Assembly (NCBI RefSeq): GCF_009834535.1
Contig: NC_045729.1
Span: 15,934,001-15,998,000, forward strand
Direction: 5' to 3'
Source: Camelus ferus
Lineage: Eukaryota
Length of the DNA: 64,000 nucleotides
This document shows positions 1 to 11,359 of the stretch, piece by piece; positions within the stretch are counted from its first letter, which is position 1; each line of letters begins with the position of its first letter. The notes under the pieces are model-generated. The model was not told where the DNA came from, made no database searches, and saw nothing but the letters and a program-made list of their open reading frames with translations. A program made the position numbers and the translations under genes.

Positions 1-290
1 GTTTCCCTGAGTTCTGTGATTCATATCAGCAAATTAATCGAACCCAAGGAGAGGGCCGTTGTAATCTGATCTATAGCTGGTTGGTTCGAAGCACAGGATA
101 ACCTGGGCTTGCGACTGGCATCTCAAGTGTGTGTGTGTGTGCGCGTGGTGGGCTGGGGGTGCAGACTGTGAGACTGAGCCCTTACCTGTGGGATCCGATG
201 CCATCTCTGGTTAGAACTGAGTTAAACTGTAGGACATCCAGCTGGTACCACAGAGAACTGCTTGGTGTGCAGAAAAACTAGGTTTCTTTT
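1..290 (-). mobile_element. MER21-family (ERVL-type) LTR fragment, truncated by the window edge
   Basis: ccttacctgtgggatccgatgccatctct...gagttaaactgtaggacatccagctgg is the reverse-complement homologue of part of the LTR at ~48255-49150. Family assigned by recognition. Confidence 0.6.
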
Positions 291-3019
291 CCCTTTACAG
301 TGAAATGCTTTGCCAAGTACTAGAATATATTATGTTATTTTTAGTTGTCACAATAATCAGCAAAGACAGATGTTACCCAAAGAGTCAATCATAGTGTCTG
401 GTCAATAGGTACGAAATAGGACAAACTCACAGCCACATGTATGTGGCTACCTAAATGGCATTGTCAAAAGTAAAATCACTGGGATTTTTGGTTTCTTTCT
501 GTTATTGCTGAGGTATAGTTGATGTAAAACCACTGATTTTAATGCCAATAGCAACAGCAACAACCATCTTAAACCTTTGCTTACCCTTAATGTCCCACTA
601 AAATTCAGCAGATTTTGTCCTTTAATTTCTTGATTACTGAGATGTTTCACAGGCATGTGTCTCTTTTTAAATAAAATAACAACTACAACAATGATATATG
701 ATATCTTAATAATGATAAGGTTGGCACATTTAGGAAACCCACAAACAACAGAAATAGACTACCCTATGTTTTGAAATGGAACACACAGTACCTCCTAGTC
801 TTAAATAGTCAAAATTAATAAGTAAATTAAATAAATACACAGTAGGGAGAGCTTGGTGGAGAGCTGGGGTGGGCAGGGGGCACAGTGACTTTGTTCTTGA
901 TTGTTCTTGATCTGATCGGTAGGGGAGTGAACACACTTAACAAGAGGACCACTCGTCCCCTGATTTCTGCCTGTCACATCTTGTCCTCATAGTGCTCCCA
1001 ACAAAGCCTTTCTGGAAAAATAGCCTTATCAATTGTCATGTAAATGTACCATCTTTAAAAATGTGTTGACTTTTAGGACTTTTCCAAAAGATGCATTTTG
1101 GGAAAAATGTACTAAGAAAAAGCAGTTGCTCCCCCTGCTCTTCTCCCAGCTCTGTTGCTTAGTATGAGCCTTAAAAAGATCAGGAAAAAAATCTGGCAGT
1201 CTGAGAAGACAACCATTCAAGATTCCTGTGAATTCCCTGAGAATTTTTGATTTTGAGATGTGACTACATGTGGTAAACCCTTGACTCCAGGCAATACTGA
1301 TTCAGCCAGCAGGTGATGCTCACCCTGCCCCCATCCCCATCCACAAATCCCTTAAGACCTTTCTTGGATCTTCATCACCATGCTTTGCAAGTAATATGAC
1401 CCAATTACACTCTAGAGTCTGCTCTGTACAAGTAGTTCTTATTATTGTGCACATTCCGATATGACTCTATGTTACTCCTCCCACCTTTACAGCTATGGCA
1501 GTTTTCAAGGAAATTCCCCCTCATCCAGTTGTATATAGTTTACTAAGGCCTGTTTGCAATTACAGTGCTGAACATGGATATTTTATCGTTCTTATTGTTC
1601 TTGATGTTAAAGCACAAAATGCCACAAACATCTGAAAAGGGAGACAATATGGGAAATGTACTAAACCTACTGGCAGTAACAGTCTTTCCCACAGCCCCCT
1701 AGGTAGGTCCACATTAGTAAGACAACGAAAATTTAGGAAGATGATAGCTATTGAGATTATTAACATAATCATGACAAAACAATTTGACATCAATCTGACA
1801 TAAATTCTTAATACTCACATCCTGTTTGCTGCTCTCCATCTCTCTGCTATACTAAGAATTGACTCTCCCTCCAATTCTTCTTCGAGGTACTGCTTCCTGT
1901 GAATTGTAATTGGCTAGTTATTTATTCGCTTTATCTACTTAAGCTCCTTGAGACATGAGGCTCTGACTTAGCCCCCAACCCACCAGCACGCCAATAAATA
2001 CTTGTGGAAGAAGGTGAAAGCTCATATAATTCTAACATCTGAGATGAACTCAGTTCTGGGGTCCTCAACAAAGCTCTTTCCACTTGTTCAGTAGCCAATG
2101 GGAAGACTTTTATCAAGTAAAAGAAGAGCAAAGGGAAAAGGATGGTGAAAATGAAATCTCTATATTTTGAGTCATTGCTGTCACCAACTAGCACCGTGTC
2201 CCCATCAGCAAAATGAGCAGGGATTAGGTGAACTTGCTATTATAAAAGTCTGTGATTTAACTTGCCTATTTTGCCTTACAAAATTAGAAAGTATTTGAGA
2301 TAAGCCACCTCCTCATAGCTTCACCTGAGCCTCAACTCAACTGCCTCCGTGAGCTGCAGTGGAGTCAGAAATCATGATTCTGCTTCACCAGCTGTCAAGT
2401 TTGAGTGTCTTCTCCTGTACCAGCTCTCCTGTCTTGGATGTGTAGTTCTGGAGATGGACTGAGATGTACCATGAAGCACTAGTGTTATTTCCAGTTTATT
2501 AAGAGGAGGGGGAGAATTCAGACAGATCATTTCCTTTACTAGTCCATAGACTCCTTATCACCCTTTCCTTTTCATTTCTCTACAACCTTCCCACCCCAGC
2601 CTCATCTCTCCCCTTTCCTCTGTCTGATAGCTCTTGTCTTCCAGGTCACTCTCATTCCGGAAAAAACAAAAACAAAAACCCCACAAGTCTTCTCACTCCA
2701 ATAAACATACTTTTCTTGAAAAGTGAGGTGCCACTTGCACTGCATGAATGAATGAGCCATAATTTTCTAAAGAAATACCAATTTTCATCTTGCAAAAACC
2801 TACAGAGCTACTCATGTGCATAGCACTGAAATCCTGGGTAGGGATCTTTTTCTGGCCGGCACAGCTCCCTTGGCCTAGGTTGTTTCCCTGGGGCCCCCTC
2901 TCACCTTCTTCAGGTCCCTGCTCCAAAGACACTTCCTCAGACCCACTCCTTCTCCTTCCCCCAATTTACTATGCCAGTCCCCTCCTCATTTCTTACTACA
3001 TGTTTCCTTCGTAAGATTT

Positions 3020-3172
3020 ATCAGTGTCTGGCATGTTACCATACATCCACGCATTTTCTTGTCTATAGCTTCCCTAGATTATAAACTCCAGGAGGGCAGG
3101 GCCATTGCCCACCTCGTTCACGGTGGGATCCCCTGCACCTGGAGCAGGGCTCGTACACGGTAGGCGCTCAGG
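3020..3172 (+). mobile_element. L2 LINE 3' end fragment
   Basis: ctagattataaactccaggagggcagggc...cctggagcagggctcgtacacggtaggcgctcag matches the typical L2 terminus. Confidence 0.6.
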
Positions 3173-3179
3173 AAACAAC

Positions 3180-3960
3180 AAATATTCTCCCCAGGACTCT
3201 GAGACGACTAGCTAGTTTCTCCAGAGCCCCAGGACCCCCTGTCCCTTAGTCCAGCCCAGCTGGGAGTCACCACCCACCTCCAGCAGAGCCCAGCTCGGAG
3301 GCTCGTCCTCCCGCCTGCCGGCCACCGGGACGGCACAGCGCTGCGCACCCTCCACCCGGACCGGGCAACTGCGGTTGGGCCCAGCGGCTCCACTCAACCG
3401 CCCATCTCCGGGACCCCGACGCCGCTCCGCCGGTCCCAGGCCGCCGCGCCCGGGGGTAACAGTGATGGCGCCCCCGCGCTTCCGCCCGCCCCGCAGCGCG
3501 GCCGTTAGGACCCCCGCGCAGCTACGAGACGCCCAGGGTTCTGCTTTGAACGATCCGTTGACGCGGGAGTGCAACGTGACTCGTGGGTCCGGCTCCCTCC
3601 GGACGCAGGACGCAGGCGCCCACCCGCGGCGGGAGCTCGGGTCGCGCTCGCGGGTCCCCCCTACCGCGGCCCCAGCCCCGCTTCTCACCTTCGCGCCCAA
3701 CCGCCCGGCGGGGCCGCCGCCCACCCCGCAGCCCACCCGGCGCCCCCTGCGGCTTCGCCGGGAGCGCGGGGAACCCTTCACGGGGAAACAGCTCTGGGCC
3801 CCACCATCCTTAACGCCGCCCTTAAGAGGGTGTTGACGTTTCTGCTTTAAGAGATACCGGTCCCCCTCAACGCCTCCTCGGCCCGGAGCCGGTGACCCCA
3901 GATATCTCTGCGGGCTGGGCCAGAGTCAGGGCTGAGAAGGCCGAGGCCAGTTTCCAGTAG
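3180..3960. promoter_or_regulatory. Orphan CpG island / promoter-like region
   Basis: Very GC- and CpG-dense, with GC boxes, a YY1-like gatggcg and a minus-strand donor AAG|GTGAGA (GT at 3688-3687). No recognisable CDS. Confidence 0.75.
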
Positions 3961-4244
3961 TTCTTTAGGACCCAGTGGCTCTTTTTTGATGAAAAGCCCC
4001 AGCTGCCTTTCCCTCCACCTCTTGGAAAGGACTCTTAAGATTTGGGGTTAGGAATCATAAATGTCGTCCCCCGCTGCCTGATTGGTGCTCTTGGGGGAGT
4101 GGGGGAGGGCAAGCGAGGAAACGGTGTTCGGAGAGGTTGCCCGCCTCCCACCCGACCCCAAGCGAACTTGGAATTATTTGGAGACTCATCATGATAGCGT
4201 GGGCTTTAGTAAGGGTTGAGTGAATAGTGACAAGGCTTTTTTAA

Positions 4245-5030
4245 AAAAGGAATACACCACACTTTTCAAAAGAGAATACTCCAGTGACCAATAAAGTCAT
4301 GAAAAGGTGTGCAACTGAACTGATCATCGGGGAACTCCAAATTAAAACCACACGAGAGTCCACCGCACACCCACCAGGATGGTTAAAATGAAGGAGGAAA
4401 AGGAAAGAAAAAGAAAATGCCAAATGTGGGAGGGGAGATAGAGCATCCAGAATTCTCTCTGTTAATGGGGATATAAATTGATAAATTGGTGCACTTTGGA
4501 AAACTTTTGCAATGTTTATTATAATGGAACATAAGCCTGCCCTATGACCCCACAATTCTACCCCTAGTTATGTATGCAACAGAAATGCATACACATGTTC
4601 ATCAAAAAGCAGGTACTAGCATATTCATCTCAGCAGTATTTATAACACTTCCAGGCTGGAAATAATGTGGCTATCCATTAAGAATGGATAATTACGTTGT
4701 GGTATGTTCACACACGGGAATATTTCACAGCAATGAGCATGAACGTGCTACAGTGAGGTGCAATTATGTGGATGACTCTCACAAAGTTGAGTGAAAGAAC
4801 CAGGTGCAAAAGAGAGCAGACCAAATGATTCCACTTACATAAAAAATTCAAAAACAGGCAAAACTGTTCTATGGTGTCAAAAATCTATAAATTGTGGTTA
4901 CCATTTTGGGGGTTGTGACTGGGAGGGGACACCAGGATCTCTGGGGTATGTTCTGTAACTTTGTCTGGGTGCTGTTAACTTTGTAGAAACAGTCATCCAA
5001 CCGAACATTTTTTCATATGCATTTAAAAAC
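4245..5030 (+). mobile_element. Old L1 (L1M-type) ORF2 end / 3' UTR fragment
   Basis: Diverged L1 hallmarks: aattaaaaccacacgagagtccaccgcacacccaccaggatggttaaaat; tatgaccccacaattctacccctag; atgattccacttacataaaa. Confidence 0.75.
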
Positions 5031-5845
5031 ATTTTTTTGTACATACATTTTTATCGAAGTATAATCAGTTTACAATGTTGTGTCAATAAAACTTTTTAAT
5101 TAAAAAAAGCCTGAACTTTTATTAATTTGTCCAAGTTCTCCTCTATTCAATGCAACATACATTGATTTTATAGTCACTATTTGGCATATTAAGGCACTCG
5201 TAGGCACTGCGAAATCCTGGAAAGTTGTCTCTGCCTTCCAGGAGTTGATAACCTAGGCGGTGGTACAAATAAAAGTCATTGCTCAGGAGTAGTCTTTGAT
5301 TCTATGCTAATTGTTAGGCAAGGCCAAAATAATTACTTTGGAAGAAAGTTGGGGGAAAGAATATGCATCTAGGCAGAGTTTGTGAGTCAGGCGGGATCTT
5401 AAGAGCCTCGCACTTTCTTGTCGGCAGGGAGCAGGGGGATCAACTGTCTCAGCTTTTCCAGGACTGAGGGGTTTCTCAGGACAAGGTACTTCTAGCGCTA
5501 ACTCTTAGACAGTCTTGGGCAGCCTGGGCTGGGTGTTCACGCTAGCCAGGGCTGAGCCAGATTCATCTTTGAAGTTTCTCACACAAAGTCTGGCACATAG
5601 CAGTTGATTAATAAGCTCAGTGAATATTTGTTGAAATGAAATGGGGGGAAATGGGGAAAATGGTAACAGAAATAAAGGTTCCTGTTTAGGCGATGGCAGT
5701 CATTTTGGGGGCAGGAATTGTGGGAAATATGGGTTGGGATCAGGCTGAGGAGGGCCTTGAATGCCAAGCTGAATAGCATGTATTATGTCTTATTGATGAC
5801 TGGTAGCTATGGATGCTTTTGAACAAACAATGATGTAGAAAAAAG

Positions 5846-5926
5846 ATTATTTATGGAGGTACTGGGGATGAACCCAGGACCTCGTGCATGCTAACATGCG
5901 CTCTACCACTGAGCTGTACTCTCCCC
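5846..5926 (-). mobile_element. tRNA-Ala-derived SINE (Vic-1-like)
   Basis: Reverse complement reads ggggagagtacagctcagtggtagagcgcatgttagcatgcacgaggtcctgggttcatccccagtacctcca, followed by an A-rich tail. Confidence 0.85.
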
Positions 5927-6143
5927 AACCCTGAAAAAGAAAATCTGTGTTTTTCCTTATTAAATCTGGGCTGCCAAACAAGACTAATTGATATAGTTAG
6001 AGCTGGCATAAGTCTACAAGTTGAAGTGCAGGCAGAAGGTTATTAGGAGTCCTAGAAAAAAAATTAAATAACAGACTTTCAGAACCAGAGGGGAACTAGG
6101 AGCTAATCTTTCTTATTTTTTTAATTAAGAATTTTTATTATCA

Positions 6144-6640
6144 CAATAGTTTCATCTTATCTATGGGGGATACTTCCCAAGACCAGGGGATGCCTGACAC
6201 CACAGATTGTACCAGACCTTTCATACACAATGTTTTTTCCTACGCATACTTACCTATGATAGAGTCTAATTTATAATTTCTTCACAGTAAGAGATTAATA
6301 ACAATAACTAATAATAAAATAGAACTTATAACAATATCCTGTAATAAAAGCTACATGAACGTGATATTGTGACTACATCTGATAACTCTGCCAAGCTGCT
6401 GAGTGACTAACAGGCAGGTAGTGAATTCGGGGTGGATATGCTAGAAAACGGGATGATTCATGTCCCAGGCAGGATGGAGCGGGGTGGCTCGAGATTTCAT
6501 GATGCTGCTTAGAAGGGGGCACAGTTTAAAACTTGTGGATTGTTTATTTCTGGAATTTCCCCTTTAATATATTTGCAGACAGTGGTTGACTGTGGGTAGC
6601 TGAAACCTCAGAAATCAAATCTGCTAGAGAGGGACTACTG
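6144..6640 (+). mobile_element. MER44 (Tigger/TcMar) non-autonomous DNA transposon
   Basis: Degenerate TIRs caatagtttcatcttatc ... gagagggactactg with TA after the right end. The internal sequence (agtaagagattaataacaataactaataataaaatagaac) is typical of MER44. Confidence 0.8.
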
Positions 6641-7129
6641 TATATGTTTCTTTTAGAAACTGTTTCTTCCATACCTTTTCCCCTCCTTTCTTAAATGTTA
6701 ATATTTACTTGTAATCCTAATTTTAGTTAGCAATAAATGAAAGCCCGGTGGTTAAGGTGACTCCTTCTGTTTATTTGGCAGGTCCTAAGCAGGACTGGGT
6801 AAGAAGCTGCCTATTCCTTGCAAGGGGCAGTGAAACCACTACTTCGGTGGTTTCATAGCCCTGCCACACTGGAACAAAGTGTTCACTGAGAAAGGAAAGG
6901 ACCACATAGTGTTTTCCTTTAAGTTATATTTATCCAGCTCTTCAATTCTGAGAGTATAATCTTCCCACCTTTTTGGTGTAAAAACTGTTACTTCTTTTAT
7001 GAAATGATGGCTACGGTCGGTGGTAGTTGGTAATGTCTTTCTGTGATGATATAAAAAGTTCTCTATTTCCCCTTCTGCCCCTGTTGGTTTATAAAATGAA
7101 AAGATATGAGACAAACTTCTGTCTCATTC

Positions 7130-8080
7130 TCGTACTGCTTCTGGCTCGGAATCCTTGACATGCAGATACACGTACACTTGTGATGGTTATGGCTGAATCC
7201 ACATTCTACCTCCTTTTTTCTTTTTCTATGGTGAAAATTTTTATATTTAGAATTGGCCAGCTAGACTCAGTTTAGATGATCCTAATTTTGCTGGCAGCAT
7301 CTAAAGCATCATAGTCAGGAGCCAGTCATACATATGCCTTCTTCTCTCCATCAGGCCTGCTCAGGGTGTTGACCTTAACTACGTCAGTGTCATAGAGCTT
7401 CTTCACAGCCTGTTTGATCTGGTGCTTTCTGGCCTTGACATCCACAATGAACACAAGTGTGTTGCTGTCTTCTGTCTTCTTCATGGTTGACTCGGTGCTC
7501 AGGGGGAACTTGATGATGGCTAGTGGTCAAGCTGGTTTCTCCTAGGGAAGCTTTTCTGGGGGTTTTTGGGCTGCCTTCTGAGCCGCAGTGTTTTGGGCTG
7601 TCAGAAGTTGGGTGACGCCTGGATCTTCTTTTTTTTGTGGCTGTGGTTGCCTTTCAGCACTGCTTTTTTAGCCTTCAAAGCCCTTGCTTTGACTTCAGCT
7701 TTGGGAGGGGCAGGGGACTTCCATCTGCTTTATGTGCAGTCTTAGTGAAAAGTCTACCTCCTTTTTATATGCCTGCAGAAGCTGTAAGACCAAACACTAT
7801 ATATCCCAGATTCTCTTGCAGCTAGGGGTCTAGTTGTAAATTGTGATCTATCAATAATTTGCACATCCAAGAGACTTGAAAAGTAGAAGGGAGGTGGGGG
7901 CCTTCTCTGGGCTGCTTTGGCCATTGCCGCTGGCCAGCATGGTCATGAGATGTTGGGGTTTTTGCAGCAGTGTTCTAGTATCCACTTTCTAGCTCCTGGT
8001 CACTGAAGGCTACTGAGGCTCTGTTAGCAACAGTAGGGCTCTGGTCCCCTCAGGGACAGTTTCTGCTTTGGTGTTACTGG
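7130..8080. mobile_element. MaLR (MLT1-type) LTR interrupted by the RPL23A retrocopy
   Basis: ccacattctacctccttttt|atatgcctgcagaagctgtaagaccaaacactatatatcccagattctcttgcagctagg becomes continuous once the retrocopy is removed. Confidence 0.55.
7219..7752 (-). pseudogene. RPL23A: Full-length processed pseudogene of ribosomal protein L23a
   Basis: Minus strand encodes ...[48 protein letters not shown]...[58 protein letters not shown] (stop at 7272-7274). Intronless, ATG lost, two CGA>TGA stops, one frameshift. Has the 5' cttttcac leader, an A-tail and a 14-bp TSD tctacctccttttt (7205-7218 / 7753-7766). Confidence 0.95.
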
Positions 8081-8203
8081 GCACCATCACAGGGAAGTCA
8101 GTGCTTTAAGTGTATACATTATTAACCTAAAAATAATACTGCGTGTTTCCACATCATTCATTTAACATTACTAGGAACTAAATGCCCTTTTTGCTCATAA
8201 ACA

Positions 8204-8830
8204 ATTTTTTTTGAAGATTCCAATGTGTTTTTATTGATTAGAATTGTATATCGTTGTAATCCTTCCATCATACATATAAAATACAGTAATAACCAAATAT
8301 CTGATACTAAAATAACTTACTGACAAGTTCTACTATTGAACGCAGAATAGTTCTCTCTCTCTTAACAATAAAAAAGAGAAAGAAAGAAAGAACCACTGAG
8401 TTTATCTTGGAAAATTTAAATTCTGGCCATTATTTTACAAGTCGGTAATCTGAGTAATTCAGCTTGAAGATGACTTTCTCCTTGTAGACGTCTGCTCGTC
8501 CACGTGCGATCTGGGACCTCCTCGGGTCTCAAGCTTTTCCTGCATATGATGGACTTTGGAGATGGGACCTCGCAATTGTCCTCGCCTTGAGCCCCGGTCA
8601 AAGTTCCAGATCCAGCCAATCCCAGCTTTTTACCTTCAGCCAGAGTATATTTGCAGAAAAACGCCCCTTGTACCTTACCAAAAACGTCATAATCCACTGA
8701 TATCAGGGTGTCCCCTTCTGCCTCGCTCATGCTCACACGCTCCTGGTCCTCCTCCCACGCGGCGGGGACTCCCGGGCCACCACCACTGCCAACGGTTCCC
8801 CCAGCCGCGTAACCGCCGCGCCCGGAAGCT
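8204..8830 (-). pseudogene. ACYP1: Processed pseudogene of acylphosphatase 1
   Basis: Minus strand: MSEAEGDTLISVDYDVFGKVQGAFFCKYTLAEGKKLGL / GQLRGPISKVHHMQEKLETRGGPRSHVD / ADVYKEKVIFKLNYSDYRLVK* across three frames (two frameshifts). CDS-equivalent 8430-8736, intronless, with a 3' UTR, AATAAA, an A-run near 8205 and a GC-rich 5' UTR. Confidence 0.92.
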
Positions 8831-9419
8831 CAGACAAAACAATTCTCGACAACAATTTTAACACCTCCCTCCTCCCTCGCCCCCGCCCACCAACTTTGGC
8901 ACAAGCAATATACATCTTATTATGCTAGGACTATTACTGCTTAGTCGTAATTTTCCCGTGGTACTTTTATTACTGCAAATACAGCTGCCTCCTGTTCCTC
9001 CCCTTCTTTCTCCAAAATGGTCATCATGATACTGAAGCGCCAGCATAATATTGTTCCCTGTAAACTATCTGACCGAGATAAGCCAGAAAAATTACAAGAA
9101 GATGGGATAAACAGAAGGCACCTGCTGCTGAATCTTGACCAGTAGGCCTGGCGGGCTCTTGCAGTGGGGATAGTTACACTACCACCGGGAAGTCCTGGTA
9201 TTCCTTCAATTTTGAAGAGCAATTTTCAGACAATGTTAGTTTTAAGAAAATGTCGGGTCTAGAAGAAATATGTACACATTTGTCCCGGGAAGCAAGCAAC
9301 TACGGATTCCATAATTTATACAGTGTAGATGGTATCTCTCAGCACTCTCAAATAGTAAGTTCTTCCTACTCTGGAATCACAGACTGTAGGTTAAAAACAC
9401 CTTACACCCCCCCCCCCTT

Positions 9420-9498
9420 TTTAAATGTATCTTTATTGAAGTAGAGTGCTTTACAATGTTGTGTTAGTTTCAGGTGTACAGCAGAATGATTCAGTTAT

Positions 9499-9532
<34 letters not shown>

Positions 9533-10630
9533 TTTCCAGATTCTTTTCCATTATAGGTTATTACAAGATATTGAATATAGTTTCCTGTGCTCTGGCACCT
9601 TACTATTTTTTAATAGTTTTTTAAAATTGAAGTATTGTTGATTTACAATGTTTCAGGTGTACAGCAAAGTGATTCAGTTATGTATGTGTGTATATATACT
9701 TTTTCATTATAGGTTACTACAAGATATTGAATATAGTTCCCTGTGCGATACAGTAGGTTCTTGTTATTTATTTTATACATAGCAGTGTGTATCTGTTAAT
9801 CTCAAATTCCTAATTCATGTCCCCTTCTTCCCCTCTGGTAACGATAGATTTGTCTTCTATGTCAGTTAATTCTATTTTTATTTTGTAAATAAGTTCATTT
9901 GTATCATTTTCCACATGTAAGTGATGTATTTGTCTTTCTCTGACTTACTTCACTTATGTAGTATGATAATCTCTAGACCCCCCCATATTGCTGCAAACGG
10001 CATTATTTCATTCTTTTTAATAGTTGAGTTATATTCCATTGTATACATAACATATCGTTCTTCTTTTAAATTTTTTGGGAATGAGGCAATTAGGTTTATT
10101 TATTTATTTATTGAAAATGTTTTATTTTTATTTTTTCATTTTTAGTTTTATTAGGTAGAATTTACAATTTGACTGCACATATATAATATATTGCATATAA
10201 ATACATATATACAATATATTGCACATTTAAAACATTTACATATATGTACTTTTCATTGTTTCTAAGAACAGTTTAGAGCTTCAGCTTTTTAAACTTAACA
10301 TAGTTATCAAAGGAATAAAGCCAACCACAAAATAGCTATTTATTTTTTAATTTTTTAATGGAGGTACTGGGGATTGAACCAGGACCTTGTGCATGCTAAG
10401 CACACACTCCACCACTGAGCCATACTCTCTCCCCATATATACCACATCTTCTTTATGCATTCATCTGTTGATGGACATCTAGGTTGTTTCCATGTCTTGG
10501 CTATTGTAAATCGTGCTGCTATGAACATTGGGGTGCATGTATCTTTTTGAATTAGAGTTTTCATTTTTTTTTCCAGATATATGCTCAGGAGTGGGATTGC
10601 TGGATCAGTTTTTAAAGGACCCTCCATACT
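9420..10630 (-). mobile_element. Cetartiodactyl-type L1 3' end(s): two tandem termini, interrupted by a SINE
   Basis: ttattgaagta...tttacaatgtt...caggtgtacagca...gattcagtta occurs twice (~9430, ~9625). L1 ORF2 C-terminal remnant in ORF 10355-10627 (KTLIQKDTCTPMFIAARFTIAKTWKQPRCPSTDECIKKMWYI). Confidence 0.85.
10070..10433 (-). mobile_element. Vic-1-like SINE split by a ~230-bp insertion
   Basis: Tail (gaggcaattaggtttatttattt) at 10070-10112; tRNA-like head (ggaggtactggggattgaacc...ccactgagccatactctcccc) at ~10350-10433. Confidence 0.75.
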
Positions 10631-11359
10631 TACACATCTTATTTTTCATTCACTGGATGTAGAGGACATCTATTCACTAATTGCATCTATCTTTTCAACT
10701 TTTCTAGGAAGGTAGATTGAAGGAAAATTTTACTTTCAAATGTTAAATGCCTCAGGGTATTAAGGAGAAAGTGGTAGCATTTTCACAGACAGGTAGTTTC
10801 CCTGGTAGGTCTGGAGAGCAGATTTATGTTTCACCTTATGGCTGGAAAAACCCAGGTGGTGAGTGTGAAACATTTTCCCAGGATCATAACATTGGCATAG
10901 ATACCTTTAAAAACATTCCAAAGATCTGGTATATTTAGAATTTGTCCAGCATACGTCATTGACTTCTTCTCATTCTGGTTTGGTTCAAAACCAGCTATGT
11001 ATCAGACACTGCCAGGCACTGGCTACGCAGGGATGAATAAAATACAGTCTATATCCAAGCAGGTTTCTGTAATGTGATTAATGCCCTTCGTTCAGAAAAA
11101 TCTTTGAGTTTCCTTCACCTCCACCGCATTCACAATTACTTTGTGAATGGTTTCTTTAGGAACCCACTGCTTGGCTGCTGTGATCCCGGGTCAGTCCTTA
11201 GCTTTCTGTATGAGAGCTTCGGTTTCCCTATCTTTCCCTAAAGGCAAGGTTAAACCCCATCCTTTTAGGCAGTGTAAGTAAATGGGAAGTCTGGGACGCA
11301 AGGTTCAGAAGAATTTAATTATCACGTATATTGCAGGAAGCCACGGCACACGCTGGCTC

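Noticed and set aside
2170-2230. gtgtccccat, which resembles the reverse complement of an SLC2A3 start (ATGGGGACAC)
   Set aside because: The frame stops after four codons and there is no proper donor. The context (ccccatcagcaaaatgag) fits a MIR remnant.
3208-3850. Overlapping 61-189 aa ORFs in the CpG island
   Set aside because: Low-complexity R/G/P/A translations expected from stop-poor GC-rich DNA; no domain recognisable.
5846-5926. tRNA-Ala(AGC)-like sequences (this copy and nine others)
   Set aside because: Each carries mismatches that break the cloverleaf, the same AT-rich microsatellite plus cctaattacctcccc tail, and sometimes a TSD. They are SINEs, not tRNA genes.
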